This document shows positions 19,859 to 29,239 of a DNA stretch of 62,828 nucleotides, piece after piece (the stretch's first letter is position 1; each line of letters starts with the position of its first letter). Both the position numbers and the translations under genes were made by a program. Source of the DNA: Eubacterium sp. (GTDB lineage: Bacteria > Bacillota > Clostridia > Oscillospirales > Acutalibacteraceae); contig JAFLSA010000001.1 of assembly GCA_022511185.1 (NCBI GenBank), forward strand, positions 1-62,828, given 5' to 3'. The notes under the pieces were generated by a model. That model searched no databases. It was not told the origin of the DNA and saw only the letters and a program-made list of their open reading frames with translations.

Positions 19859-21031
19859 ATGGATTATCGCAAAGAATCATTAAAATTACACGGCGAATGG
19901 AAGGGCAAGATTGAGGTAATTGCCAGAGCTAAGGTAAATAACAAGGAAGCACTTTCACTCGCATATACTCCGGGTGTTGCTGAGCCGTGTCTCGCAATTC
20001 AGGAGGATTATAAAAAAAGCTGGGAGCTTACACGCCGTTGGAATATGGTTGCCGTTATCACAGACGGTACTGCCGTACTCGGTCTCGGTGACATCGGCCC
20101 TGAGGCAGGTATGCCTGTAATGGAGGGCAAATGCGTTCTCTTTAAGGAATTCGGCGACGTCGATGCATTTCCGCTTTGTGTCCGCACAAAGGACGTTGAC
20201 GAATTTGTTGAAACTGTTTACAACATCAGCGGCTCCTTCGGCGGTATAAATCTTGAGGATATTGCCGCTCCACGCTGCTTTGAGATTGAGGAAAAGCTTA
20301 AGGAAAGATGTGATATTCCTATTTTCCACGATGATCAGCACGGAACAGCCGTTGTCGTTTCCGCTGCGCTTATCAACGCAACAAAGCTGACTGGCAAGGC
20401 ACTCTCAGACTGCAAGGCTGTTATCAACGGCTCCGGTGCTGCAGGTATTGCTATTGCAAAGCTGCTTATGACGCTCGGTCTGCGTGACGTTATTCTTTGC
20501 GACAGAACAGGCGCTATCTATGAGGGCAGAGAAAAGCTTAATGCTTCAAAAGAAGCTATCGCAAAGGTAACGAACAGAGAAATGACAAAGGGCTCACTTG
20601 TTGATGCTGTTAAGGGAACTGATATCTTTATCGGTGTATCTGCTCCGGGTGTACTCACACAGGATATGATTAAGACAATGAATGAAGATCCTATCGTTCT
20701 TGCTATGGCGAATCCTACACCTGAAATTATGCCTGACGAGGCAAAGGCGGCAGGCACTAAAATTGTAGGAACAGGTCGTTCTGATTTTCCGAATCAGATC
20801 AACAACGTTGTTGCATTCCCCGGTATCTTCCGTGGCGCATTAGATGTAAGGGCAAGTGCTATTACGGAAAATATGAAGATAGCCGCAGCTTATGCGATTG
20901 CATCACTTGTTGATGACGATAAGCTCACACCTGACTATATTCTGCCGTATGCATTCGACGAAAGAATTAAGGACACCGTTGCTAAGGCAGTTGCCGATGC
21001 TGCTATCAAAGACGGCGTGGCAAGAATATAA
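19859..21031 (+). CDS. NAD(P)-dependent malic enzyme
   Basis: LAYTPGVA, DGTAVLGLG, PVMEGK, INLEDI, FHDDQHGTA and NQINN motifs. Confidence 0.94.
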   Translation: MDYRKESLKLHGEWKGKIEVIARAKVNNKEALSLAYTPGVAEPCLAIQEDYKKSWELTRRWNMVAVITDGTAVLGLGDIGPEAGMPVMEGKCVLFKEFGDVDAFPLCVRTKDVDEFVETVYNISGSFGGINLEDIAAPRCFEIEEKLKERCDIPIFHDDQHGTAVVVSAALINATKLTGKALSDCKAVINGSGAAGIAIAKLLMTLGLRDVILCDRTGAIYEGREKLNASKEAIAKVTNREMTKGSLVDAVKGTDIFIGVSAPGVLTQDMIKTMNEDPIVLAMANPTPEIMPDEAKAAGTKIVGTGRSDFPNQINNVVAFPGIFRGALDVRASAITENMKIAAAYAIASLVDDDKLTPDYILPYAFDERIKDTVAKAVADAAIKDGVARI

Positions 21032-21050
21032 CACAAAAATATGAATTTAT

Positions 21051-21080
21051 ATACGGGAGGATATTATCCTCCCGTATTTT
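21051..21080 (+). terminator. rho-independent terminator
   Basis: ATACGGGAGGAT/ATCCTCCCGTAT followed by Ts. Confidence 0.8.
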
Positions 21081-21155
21081 GTTTTGTCCAATAATAGACA
21101 GTAGTTGTTTATTTAACGGTTTTTTGTCAAGACTTTTTACAAAATTTTGTTTAAA

Positions 21156-21182
21156 TGTTACAAATGTAACAAAAAGGTTACA
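21156..21182. promoter_or_regulatory. candidate WalR-type box upstream of the CHAP gene
   Basis: minus strand TGTAAC-N5-TGTTAC (21182-21166) matches TGTWAH-N5-TGTWAH; overlapping palindrome TGTTACA-AA-TGTAACA. Confidence 0.5.
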
Positions 21183-21322
21183 AAATCATTGGTGACCATT
21201 GCCATAGATTACGAAGTATTTTTTATGATAAAATTCAACAGTACCCAAGCAAATAGCCTTGTTTTTTCAAACAAACCAAATCCAAACACGGTTTAAGAGG
21301 GCTATTTCACTTAGGAGGATTT

Positions 21323-21967
21323 ATGAAAAAGCTAATTAAAAACAGCGTTATCACCGTTTTGTTGACTTTTATCATTTTAACAGCTTTCCCTGCAACAGTA
21401 TTTGCACAGGACTTTGAGCCGAGGCTTACCGCTCCGCAGGGGGAACCGTACTACACTCGTGAGCTTAACGCCTACTCACAAACAGGCTACGGTATGCCAA
21501 ACTGCGTTGCATATGCTTTTGGCAGAATATATGAGCTAAACGGCGAAAGACCGCTTCTTGACCACGGCAGTGCAGGAAACTGGTGGTTCATCAATAAATC
21601 AAATGATTACTATGATTACGGCAGTGAGCCTAAGCTTGGCGCAGTTGCCTACTGGTCAAATCACGTTGCAGTCGTTGAGGATATTGCTGAGGACGGCGCA
21701 ATAACCATTTCTGAATCACATTGGGGCGGAAAATACTTTAACACTAAGGTTTATTACAATATGTCCTCCCACTACGGCCAGCATTTCTACGGCTATATTT
21801 ACGCATATAACGAGCCTGAAGAGGAGGAAGAAGTAGTACAGGGAGCGTATAAAATGGAGGAGCAGTATTTTGCACCGCAGGAAAAGACCTGTTTCACCGC
21901 CCTTGAATTTTCACAAAGCAACAACACAATTATGAATCCAAAAATAAATTCCTTATTAAATAAATAA
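21323..21967 (+). CDS. secreted CHAP-domain peptidoglycan hydrolase
   Basis: signal peptide ending VFA; catalytic NCVAYA...G.AGNW and HVAVVE; ISESHW. Confidence 0.88.
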   Translation: MKKLIKNSVITVLLTFIILTAFPATVFAQDFEPRLTAPQGEPYYTRELNAYSQTGYGMPNCVAYAFGRIYELNGERPLLDHGSAGNWWFINKSNDYYDYGSEPKLGAVAYWSNHVAVVEDIAEDGAITISESHWGGKYFNTKVYYNMSSHYGQHFYGYIYAYNEPEEEEEVVQGAYKMEEQYFAPQEKTCFTALEFSQSNNTIMNPKINSLLNK

Positions 21968-21986
21968 TATACATTATATATTGATG

Positions 21987-22015
21987 TGCAGTGTCTGCTA
22001 TGGCACTGCATTTTT
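21987..22015 (+). terminator. rho-independent terminator
   Basis: TGCAGTGTC/GGCACTGCA followed by TTTTT. Confidence 0.65.
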
Positions 22016-22058
22016 CATTTGCAAAAAATGAATTTTTTACAATTTTAGGAAAAAACTA

Positions 22059-22087
22059 TTGACAAATCAAAAAAATGGATATACTAT
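22059..22087 (+). promoter_or_regulatory. sigma-A promoter of the hrcA operon
   Basis: TTGACA-N17-TACTAT. Confidence 0.75.
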
Positions 22088-22097
22088 TATAGCAGAG

Positions 22098-22124
22098 TTA
22101 GCACTCGCGTATTGAGAGTGCTAA
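22098..22124. promoter_or_regulatory. CIRCE element (HrcA operator)
   Basis: perfect TTAGCACTC-N9-GAGTGCTAA. Confidence 0.97.
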
Positions 22125-22156
22125 CAGACAAGCAACACAGAAGAGGTGTGGAAAGG

Positions 22157-23188
22157 ATGATAAGCGAAAGACGTCTGGCAATACTCAATCTGATAATTGA
22201 GCATTACCTGTTAACAGGCGAGCCTATGGGCTCAAAAACCTTATGTCAGCTCCTTCCCTACTCCGTTTCCAGCGCCACTATCAGAAATGAAATGGCATAC
22301 CTCTCAGAGCTTGGATACCTTGAACAAAGGCACACAAGCGGCGGACGTGTTCCAAGCAAGGCATCATACAGATATTACGTTGACAGCCTTATGGTGCCAA
22401 GGGATATTTCAAATTACGATAAGCAAAAGATAAGTGAAGCACTTTCAGTCAATTCAGGTGACCCTGAACGCTTGCTCGCAGATGCCGCAAGGCTTCTTGC
22501 TCAGTACACGCACTGCATCGGCTTTTGCTGTGCGATTGAAGATCCGCTCGACTGCATACAGGGCGTTGATTTAATACCGGCAGGAAATTCAAAAGCAATG
22601 CTCGTCATGCTCACCGTCGGCAGTAAAATCAAATCATCGCTTATCAACATATCCTGCCCTATTGACGATGAATTCAGATTTTTATTTTACGAGGTAATGA
22701 ACAGGCTCTTTATCGGAACACCTTTAACGGAGGTTAATCTTGCTCTTGTTCAGCGGTCTGTTTTAATCGCAAGGGAAAGAGTATTTGACCTGCTGCCGGT
22801 GCTGACATCATTATGCTCGCTTTGCAGTGAGGCTTCACAAAGTAAGCTGATCCTTGAAAATGAAACAAATCTTCTTTCTCACGACGAACTTGGAAGTGAC
22901 GTTTACAAAGTCCTCTCATTTCTTGCTGATAAAGAAAAGATGATTGAATTTTCAAAGCTGTTTGCAAACACGAACATAAACAGAACGATTTTTATTGGCG
23001 ACGAAAATCCGCTGTTTGAAATGAAAAACACATCAACAATTATTTCAAAATTCACATACGGCAACAATCAGACTGCTACACTCGGAATAATCGGCTCAAT
23101 GCGAATTGATTACAAGCGAATTATTCCCTGTGTGGAATATATATTTAATACAGTAGATAGTCTTCTCTCAAAAGGAGGTACGAAATGA
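22157..23188 (+). CDS. hrcA: heat-inducible transcription repressor HrcA
   Basis: EPMGSK, SSATIRNEM, HTSGGRVPS and YRYYVD motifs; CIRCE upstream; followed by grpE-dnaK-dnaJ. Confidence 0.95.
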   Translation: MISERRLAILNLIIEHYLLTGEPMGSKTLCQLLPYSVSSATIRNEMAYLSELGYLEQRHTSGGRVPSKASYRYYVDSLMVPRDISNYDKQKISEALSVNSGDPERLLADAARLLAQYTHCIGFCCAIEDPLDCIQGVDLIPAGNSKAMLVMLTVGSKIKSSLINISCPIDDEFRFLFYEVMNRLFIGTPLTEVNLALVQRSVLIARERVFDLLPVLTSLCSLCSEASQSKLILENETNLLSHDELGSDVYKVLSFLADKEKMIEFSKLFANTNINRTIFIGDENPLFEMKNTSTIISKFTYGNNQTATLGIIGSMRIDYKRIIPCVEYIFNTVDSLLSKGGTK

Positions 23189-23691
23189 GCAAAAAAAAAC
23201 CAGAAACAGAAAAGGAAACAACGGAAGAGCTTGAAAAAGGGGAAAAAGCAAAAGAAGTAAATCCCCTTGAAAAAGAGCTTGCAGATACGAAGGAACAGCT
23301 TTTAAGAGTTACTGCTGAATACGCCAACTTCCGCAAGCGTTCCGAAAAGGAGAAAAACGAGAGCTTTGCCTTTGCAACTTCTAAAACGGTTTCAGAAATC
23401 CTGCCGGTTATTGACAATCTCGAAAGAGCGCTGTCAAATGAACAGGAGGATTATGAGGGACTGAAAAAGGGCGTGCAGATGACCTATGACGGTCTTATGG
23501 CGTCACTTGAAAAACTTGGTGTTACAGCCTTTGGTGAAAGCGGTGAGCAGTTTGACCCGAATCTCCACAACGCAGTAATGCACATTGAGGACGATACTTT
23601 AGAGGCAAACGTGATCACAGATGTTTTCCAAAAGGGCTATAAAATAAATGACAAGGTTGTCAGACCGGCAATGGTCAAAACAGCCAACTAA
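23185..23691 (+). CDS. grpE: nucleotide exchange factor GrpE
   Basis: AEYANFRKR, LPVIDNLERA, FDPNLHNAV and QKGY...RPAMV motifs. Confidence 0.96.
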   Translation: MSKKKPETEKETTEELEKGEKAKEVNPLEKELADTKEQLLRVTAEYANFRKRSEKEKNESFAFATSKTVSEILPVIDNLERALSNEQEDYEGLKKGVQMTYDGLMASLEKLGVTAFGESGEQFDPNLHNAVMHIEDDTLEANVITDVFQKGYKINDKVVRPAMVKTAN

Positions 23692-23720
23692 CATATTATA
23701 ATTAACAGGAGGACTTATTT

Positions 23721-25565
23721 ATGTCAAAAATTATCGGTATTGATTTAGGTACAACAAACAGCTGTGTAAGTGTTATCGAGGGCGGCGAAGCCGTAGTTAT
23801 CACAAACGCAGAGGGCGCAAGAACTACTCCGTCAGTCGTTGCTTTTTCAAAGGACGGCGAAAGAATGGTTGGTAACGTTGCAAAGCGTCAGGCTATCACA
23901 AACCCTGAAAAAACGATCTCTTCAATCAAGAGACATATGGGCTCTGATTACAAGGTAACTATCGACGGCAAGGCTTACACTCCACAGGAAATTTCTGCCA
24001 TCATTCTTCAGAAGCTTAAGGCTGATGCCGAGGCATATCTCGGCGAGACAGTAACCGAGGCAGTTATCACTGTTCCTGCATACTTTACAGACGCACAGCG
24101 TCAGGCAACAAAGGATGCAGGTAAGATTGCAGGCCTTGAGGTAAAAAGAATCATCAACGAGCCGACCGCTGCTGCACTTGCATTCGGTATCGACAAAGAG
24201 GACGATCAGAAGGTAATGGTATACGACCTTGGCGGCGGTACGTTCGACGTTTCAATCATTGAAATGGGCGACGGCGTACAGGAGGTACTTGCAACAGCAG
24301 GTAACAACCGTCTCGGCGGTGACGACTTTGATAAAAAGGTTATGGACTGGATTGTTGCTGAATTTAAGAGAGACAACGGCATTGACCTTTCAAACGACAA
24401 AATGGCTATGCAGAGAGTTAAGGAAGCTGCTGAAAAGGCAAAGATTGACCTTTCAGGTATGACAACCGCTCAGATTTCTCTCCCATTCATCACAGCAGAT
24501 GCAACAGGTCCTAAGCACCTTGAGCTTACACTTTCAAGAGCTAAGTTTAACGAAATGACGGCAGACCTTGTTGAAGCAACAATGGGACCTGTTCGTCAGG
24601 CTATGAGTGACTCAGGCCTTTCAATGAACGATATCGACAAGGTGCTTCTTGTTGGCGGTTCAACAAGAATCCCTGCTGTTCAGGAGGCTATTCAGAAATT
24701 CAGCGGCAAAGAACCGTTCAAGGGAATCAACCCTGACGAGTGCGTGGCTATGGGTGCTGCACTTCAGGGCGGTGTACTCGGCGGCGACGTTAAGGGTCTC
24801 CTTCTTCTTGACGTAACTCCGCTTTCACTCGGTATCGAAACAATGGGCGGTATCAACACCGTTATTATTGAGAGAAATACTACTATTCCGACAAAGAAGA
24901 GCCAGATTTTCTCAACCGCTGCTGACAATCAGACGTCAGTAGAGGTACACGTTCTTCAGGGAGAGAGAGAGTTTGCAAAGGATAACAAGACACTCGGTAT
25001 GTTCCACCTTGACGGTATTCTCCCTGCAAGACGCGGTGTGCCTCAAATCGAAGTAACGTTTGATATTGATGCAAACGGTATCGTACACGTTTCTGCAAAG
25101 GATCTCGGCACAGGCAAGGAACAGCACATCTCTATCACTGCATCTTCAAATATGAGCAAAGAGGATATTGACAAGGCTGTTAAAGAAGCTGAGCAGTTTG
25201 CTGAAGAGGATAAGAAAAAGAGAGAGGCAATCGACCTCAGAAACAGTGCAGACCAGATGGTATATGAGACAGAAAAGCTCCTTTCTGAAAACGGCGACAA
25301 ATTCTCTGCTGATGACAAGTCTGCTCTTCAGTCAAAGGTAGACACTCTCAAAGAAGCTCTCAAGGGTGAAAATCTTGATGCAATCAAGACCGCTCAGGAG
25401 GATTTACAAAACAAGTTCTACGAGGTTTCTCAGAAGCTTTATGAGGCAGCACAGGCTGCAGGCGTTGACCCGAATGCCGCTGGTGCAGGCTTTGATCCTT
25501 CACAGGCTGGCGGTGCAGATGCAGGCTATTCCGATACTGATTACACAGAGGTTGACGATAATTAA
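23721..25565 (+). CDS. dnaK: chaperone DnaK
   Basis: [23 protein letters not shown] and LVGGSTRIP motifs. Confidence 0.98.
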   Translation: MSKIIGIDLGTTNSCVSVIEGGEAVVITNAEGARTTPSVVAFSKDGERMVGNVAKRQAITNPEKTISSIKRHMGSDYKVTIDGKAYTPQEISAIILQKLKADAEAYLGETVTEAVITVPAYFTDAQRQATKDAGKIAGLEVKRIINEPTAAALAFGIDKEDDQKVMVYDLGGGTFDVSIIEMGDGVQEVLATAGNNRLGGDDFDKKVMDWIVAEFKRDNGIDLSNDKMAMQRVKEAAEKAKIDLSGMTTAQISLPFITADATGPKHLELTLSRAKFNEMTADLVEATMGPVRQAMSDSGLSMNDIDKVLLVGGSTRIPAVQEAIQKFSGKEPFKGINPDECVAMGAALQGGVLGGDVKGLLLLDVTPLSLGIETMGGINTVIIERNTTIPTKKSQIFSTAADNQTSVEVHVLQGEREFAKDNKTLGMFHLDGILPARRGVPQIEVTFDIDANGIVHVSAKDLGTGKEQHISITASSNMSKEDIDKAVKEAEQFAEEDKKKREAIDLRNSADQMVYETEKLLSENGDKFSADDKSALQSKVDTLKEALKGENLDAIKTAQEDLQNKFYEVSQKLYEAAQAAGVDPNAAGAGFDPSQAGGADAGYSDTDYTEVDDN

Positions 25566-25588
25566 TAAATAATATATAATCATTCAGC

Positions 25589-25624
25589 TATAAGCACATA
25601 CAGGAAACCCTGTGTGTGCTTATA
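25589..25624 (+). terminator. strong intra-operon hairpin between dnaK and dnaJ (partial terminator or mRNA-stabilising element)
   Basis: TATAAGCACATACAGG-aaac-CCTGTGTGTGCTTATA; no long T-run. Confidence 0.55.
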
Positions 25625-25657
25625 TAAAGTTACATAAGTTATTAAGGGGGCAATTAA

Positions 25658-26800
25658 ATGCCTGAGGAAAAAAGAGATTATTACGAGGTTCTCGGCGTCA
25701 GCAAGGGCGCAAGCGAGGACGAGATAAAAAAAGCATATAGAAAAACCGCAAAGAAATACCACCCCGACCTTAACCCCGATAATCCCGAGGCTGAGGCAAA
25801 ATTCAAGGAATGTAATGAGGCTTACGAGGTTTTGTCCGACCCTCAGAAAAAAGCACGCTATGACCAGTTCGGCTTTGCAGGCGTTGACCCTAACTACGGT
25901 GCAGGTCAGGGCGGTGCAGGCTTTGGCGGCGGCTTTGGATTTGACGGCGATATTGATTTGGGCGACATTTTCTCCTCCTTCTTCGGAGGAGGCTTCGGCG
26001 GAGGCAGAAATCCGAATGCTCCGCAAAGGGGCCGTGATTTACAAACATCCGTGAGCCTTACGTTTGAGGAAGCTGCCAAGGGCTGCAAAAAGACTGTTGA
26101 AGTTATGCGCGTTGTGGACTGCAGCGAATGCGGCGGAACGGGAGCAGCAAAGGGCACGTCGCCCACAACCTGCCCTGAATGTAACGGCAGAGGCGTAGTC
26201 AATGCTCAGCAGAGAACTCCGTTTGGCGTTGTGACTACGCAGAGAACGTGTACTCGCTGTGGCGGCAGCGGAAAATTCATCAGTACACCGTGTCAGAAAT
26301 GCAGCGGCAAAGGAAAAGTACGCACCAAAAAGAAAATTGATATCAATATTCCTGCCGGTATTGACAATAATCAGGTTGTAAACGTCAGAGGACAAGGCAA
26401 CATAGGTTCTAACGGTGGCCCTTCCGGCGACCTGAAAGTTGTTATAAATATCAAAAAGCATCCGTACTTTACCCGTGACGGCTATGACGTCTGGGTTAAC
26501 AGACATATTTCTATCGTTCAGGCAACTCTCGGCGCAGAAATTCAGGTGCCTACTCTTGACGGTGACGTTAAGCTCAATGTACCTTCAGGCACTCAGCCGG
26601 GTGAGGTTTTCACGCTCAAAGGCAATAAGGGCATACAAAGGCTCAACAGCTTCGGCAAGGGTGAGGAATATGTAAGAATCGTGGTTGATATTCCAAAGAG
26701 CGTCACAGACGAGCAAAAAGAGCTTTTAAGACAATTTGACAAAAACTACATTCCGCCGAAAAATAAAGAAGGCTTTTTTGATAAATTCAAGAAAAAATAG
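25658..26800 (+). CDS. dnaJ: chaperone DnaJ
   Basis: J domain with HPD, G/F region and four CxxCxGxG repeats. Confidence 0.97.
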   Translation: MPEEKRDYYEVLGVSKGASEDEIKKAYRKTAKKYHPDLNPDNPEAEAKFKECNEAYEVLSDPQKKARYDQFGFAGVDPNYGAGQGGAGFGGGFGFDGDIDLGDIFSSFFGGGFGGGRNPNAPQRGRDLQTSVSLTFEEAAKGCKKTVEVMRVVDCSECGGTGAAKGTSPTTCPECNGRGVVNAQQRTPFGVVTTQRTCTRCGGSGKFISTPCQKCSGKGKVRTKKKIDINIPAGIDNNQVVNVRGQGNIGSNGGPSGDLKVVINIKKHPYFTRDGYDVWVNRHISIVQATLGAEIQVPTLDGDVKLNVPSGTQPGEVFTLKGNKGIQRLNSFGKGEEYVRIVVDIPKSVTDEQKELLRQFDKNYIPPKNKEGFFDKFKKK

Positions 26801-26804
26801 TTAA

Positions 26805-26833
26805 AGCAGGATTGAACAAAGTTCAATCCTGCT
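26805..26833. terminator. hairpin between convergent genes
   Basis: AGCAGGATTGAAC-aaa-GTTCAATCCTGCT. Confidence 0.7.
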
Positions 26834-26851
26834 GTTGTTAAGTTTCTGTTA

Positions 26852-27028
26852 TTATAAATCATCTGCATCCTGCACAGGCTGTTCAAGCTCGTCATAATAG
26901 TACATATCAGCCGGTATTCCCGTATAACTGCCGTCAACGTCACAGTTCACCATTTCAGGACTGATATAAGACGTCAGGTCAATAATGCGCTTTTTATTCT
27001 TATTTTTCTTATTATCCTTCTTTTTCAT
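26852..27028 (-). CDS. small hypothetical protein (58 aa)
   Basis: ATG at 27028 after AGGGGTG; basic N-terminus; C-terminal DxxGSYTG...PVQDADDL segment. Confidence 0.7.
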   Translation of the reverse strand: MKKKDNKKNKNKKRIIDLTSYISPEMVNCDVDGSYTGIPADMYYYDELEQPVQDADDL

Positions 27029-27073
27029 AAAAATCACCCCTGAATTATTTTGTACAGGGGTGTGTTTTTTTAT

Positions 27074-27697
27074 TTATAATTTTTCAACATCAATATGTGA
27101 TATTTTTTCCAAAAATTGTTTCGTGGTAATAATCTCGCCCATTTCAAGGTACTCGTCCATATTCATATTAAAATTATTAACGAATATCGGCACGTCATTA
27201 TATTCAATGTCAATATGAAGAACCTCAGCATCTGCCATAACCTTTTTTGCATCGCAGGTGTGAATATCGTAATGCCTTTTTACAACTGTTTCATTATCCC
27301 TGACATATTCAAGAGTGACGTTTCTGAGTGACTTTGAAACGGAAATATATTTTATCTCCTCTTTAGAAAGTGCCAGCGCCATAGGCATCTGAGCAACAGC
27401 CTTGCAGGCACCTGAGTTTACAAAAAACTCATTGATGAAAATTGATTCCAGCTTGCTTGTATCATCAGGCACAATTATTGCAAGAATATACTTATTCAGC
27501 TTTTTACCGTAAATACCCTTCATAAACTCCTTGAAGTAATACTGACCCTCGGCAATTTTTTCGGCAAATTCGTGATAAAAAGGAATATTCGGAGAGGGAT
27601 TAAGAGAGGGCATTGTAAAGGTTTTAAAATCATCGCTGTCCTTTGCCTTTACAAGAATATTGTTATTTGTAATTATCATCGGAACGGTTTTAGCCAT
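27074..27697 (-). CDS. hypothetical protein with remote MreB/actin-like segment
   Basis: 207 aa with GAGG RBS; IIVPDDTSKLE...SGA...PMALAL resembles the MreB VCVPSGITxVE...AGA...EEPMAAAIG region. Confidence 0.6.
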   Translation of the reverse strand: MAKTVPMIITNNNILVKAKDSDDFKTFTMPSLNPSPNIPFYHEFAEKIAEGQYYFKEFMKGIYGKKLNKYILAIIVPDDTSKLESIFINEFFVNSGACKAVAQMPMALALSKEEIKYISVSKSLRNVTLEYVRDNETVVKRHYDIHTCDAKKVMADAEVLHIDIEYNDVPIFVNNFNMNMDEYLEMGEIITTKQFLEKISHIDVEKL

Positions 27698-27850
27698 TGC
27701 GCCACCTCATAAGCAATATATCTATATTATTTTACTACATACTATGCCTTAAATCAATAAAATTTAAAATTTAAAAAAATATGATGAAATATAGGCTGAT
27801 ATATGGTACAATGTTATAGTGAAGCTAAGATATGAGAGGAGATTAACCGT

Positions 27851-29185
27851 ATGTCAGACCACAATGAAATTGACGACATATTAAATGAAATAAAAAGTAA
27901 AAAAGAATCTGAGAACAAAAAAGATTTTGAAATTAAAGATAAAACCGATAATTCTTTTTCATCCTTCGATTTTTCAGAAGCTGAAGAGCCGAAATTAACT
28001 TCTTCAGGCAAATCTCTTAACGATGATGACACCGACGATAAACCTGAAAACAACAAGAAAAAGATTATCATAATCGCTGTTGTCGCAATCCTTGTTATAG
28101 CGATTGTTGCAGGCATTGTCTTTGCAGTAACGAAAAGCAAAAACAAGGAGCCTGAAACAACAACCACAACAACTACTACCCAAACAACGACTGAAGTACC
28201 TGTTTTGATACTCAACCCACTTACAGGCGAAAGCGAATATAACGAGAACGCAGTTGGCAAAAGACCCGTTGCAGTCGTTGTTGAAAACGCCTATGCCGCA
28301 AGACCGCAATGGGGTATTGACGACAGCAAAAATTCACCTGACATAATCCTTGAGGGTGAGGTTGAAGGCGGAGAAACAAGAATGCTCTGGTTCTATGCCG
28401 ATTATACCTGTGTGCCTGATCAGATAGGCCCGATACGCAGTGCAAGGCCGCCTTTCATCAAATTTTCCGAGCTCTTTGATTCAATCTTTATTCACTGGGG
28501 TCAAAGCTCATCAAGGGACAATTATGTCGGCGCGGATACCGTTTTCAAAACAGATAACGTTGACCATATAAATCAGATGACCTATAGTGACAAATTGGGT
28601 CTGTTTGGTCGTGATAAATCAAGGGGTGTTTCCTCAGAGCATACAGGAGTACTTCACGGCAACAAGCTCGAGCAGGCCATTGAAAACGCTAAATTCCGAA
28701 CAGACGTTAATGAAAGCAGCTTTACAAATCTTGCCTTTAACGAAAAGGATAAGACTGTCTCAGGCGACAAATGCACGGCTTTTGCATTCACCTTTTCATC
28801 AAATACAAAAACGAGAGACTGGACATACAGCGAAGATGATAAAATGTATCATTGCACTGACTACTTGACAGACGTTGCAAGAAAGAATTTGCTTGTGCTT
28901 TACGACACAACAGAGTACGTCGCAAAAAGTAATTATAAAGGTTCGGGAAAATCTGAAATCTATTGTAATTACAAGCTTGCCGGCGGCAGCGGAAAGCTCG
29001 TAAGCTTAGGAGTGATTACAGACATTACATGGTCTGTTCAAAACGGTGTGCTCAAGGTTAAGGATTCAAACGGTAATGACGTAAGCCTTAACCCGGGTAA
29101 AACCTGGATTGGCTACGGCTCATCAAACAAAGGCGGAAAGGATAAAAACAATACCCCTGTCGAAAGCACATCAGCACAAAATTAA
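27851..29185 (+). CDS. DUF3048-domain membrane-anchored protein
   Basis: TM anchor, Thr-rich linker, NPLTG, RPVAVVVEN, ARPQWG, EGGETR, IGPIRSAR and LNPGKTWI motifs. Confidence 0.85.
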   Translation: MSDHNEIDDILNEIKSKKESENKKDFEIKDKTDNSFSSFDFSEAEEPKLTSSGKSLNDDDTDDKPENNKKKIIIIAVVAILVIAIVAGIVFAVTKSKNKEPETTTTTTTTQTTTEVPVLILNPLTGESEYNENAVGKRPVAVVVENAYAARPQWGIDDSKNSPDIILEGEVEGGETRMLWFYADYTCVPDQIGPIRSARPPFIKFSELFDSIFIHWGQSSSRDNYVGADTVFKTDNVDHINQMTYSDKLGLFGRDKSRGVSSEHTGVLHGNKLEQAIENAKFRTDVNESSFTNLAFNEKDKTVSGDKCTAFAFTFSSNTKTRDWTYSEDDKMYHCTDYLTDVARKNLLVLYDTTEYVAKSNYKGSGKSEIYCNYKLAGGSGKLVSLGVITDITWSVQNGVLKVKDSNGNDVSLNPGKTWIGYGSSNKGGKDKNNTPVESTSAQN

Positions 29186-29202
29186 TACATTTCAGCAACA
29201 AC

Positions 29203-29229
29203 AAAGCACCTGTGAAAACAGGTGCTTTT
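29203..29229. terminator. bidirectional terminator
   Basis: AAAGCACCTGT-gaaa-ACAGGTGCTTTT between convergent genes. Confidence 0.75.
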
Positions 29230-29239
29230 CTTGTTTATA

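Noticed and set aside
25580-26506. Long antisense ORFs over dnaJ (and similar ones over dnaK, Ldh_2, malic enzyme, ilvC and iolD)
   Set aside because: Shadow ORFs from biased codon usage of well-supported genes on the opposite strand; no RBS or recognisable motifs.
28153-28195. ACA/ACT-rich repeats here and at ~38570-38615
   Set aside because: They encode Thr-rich linkers in surface proteins; not a CRISPR array or contingency repeat.
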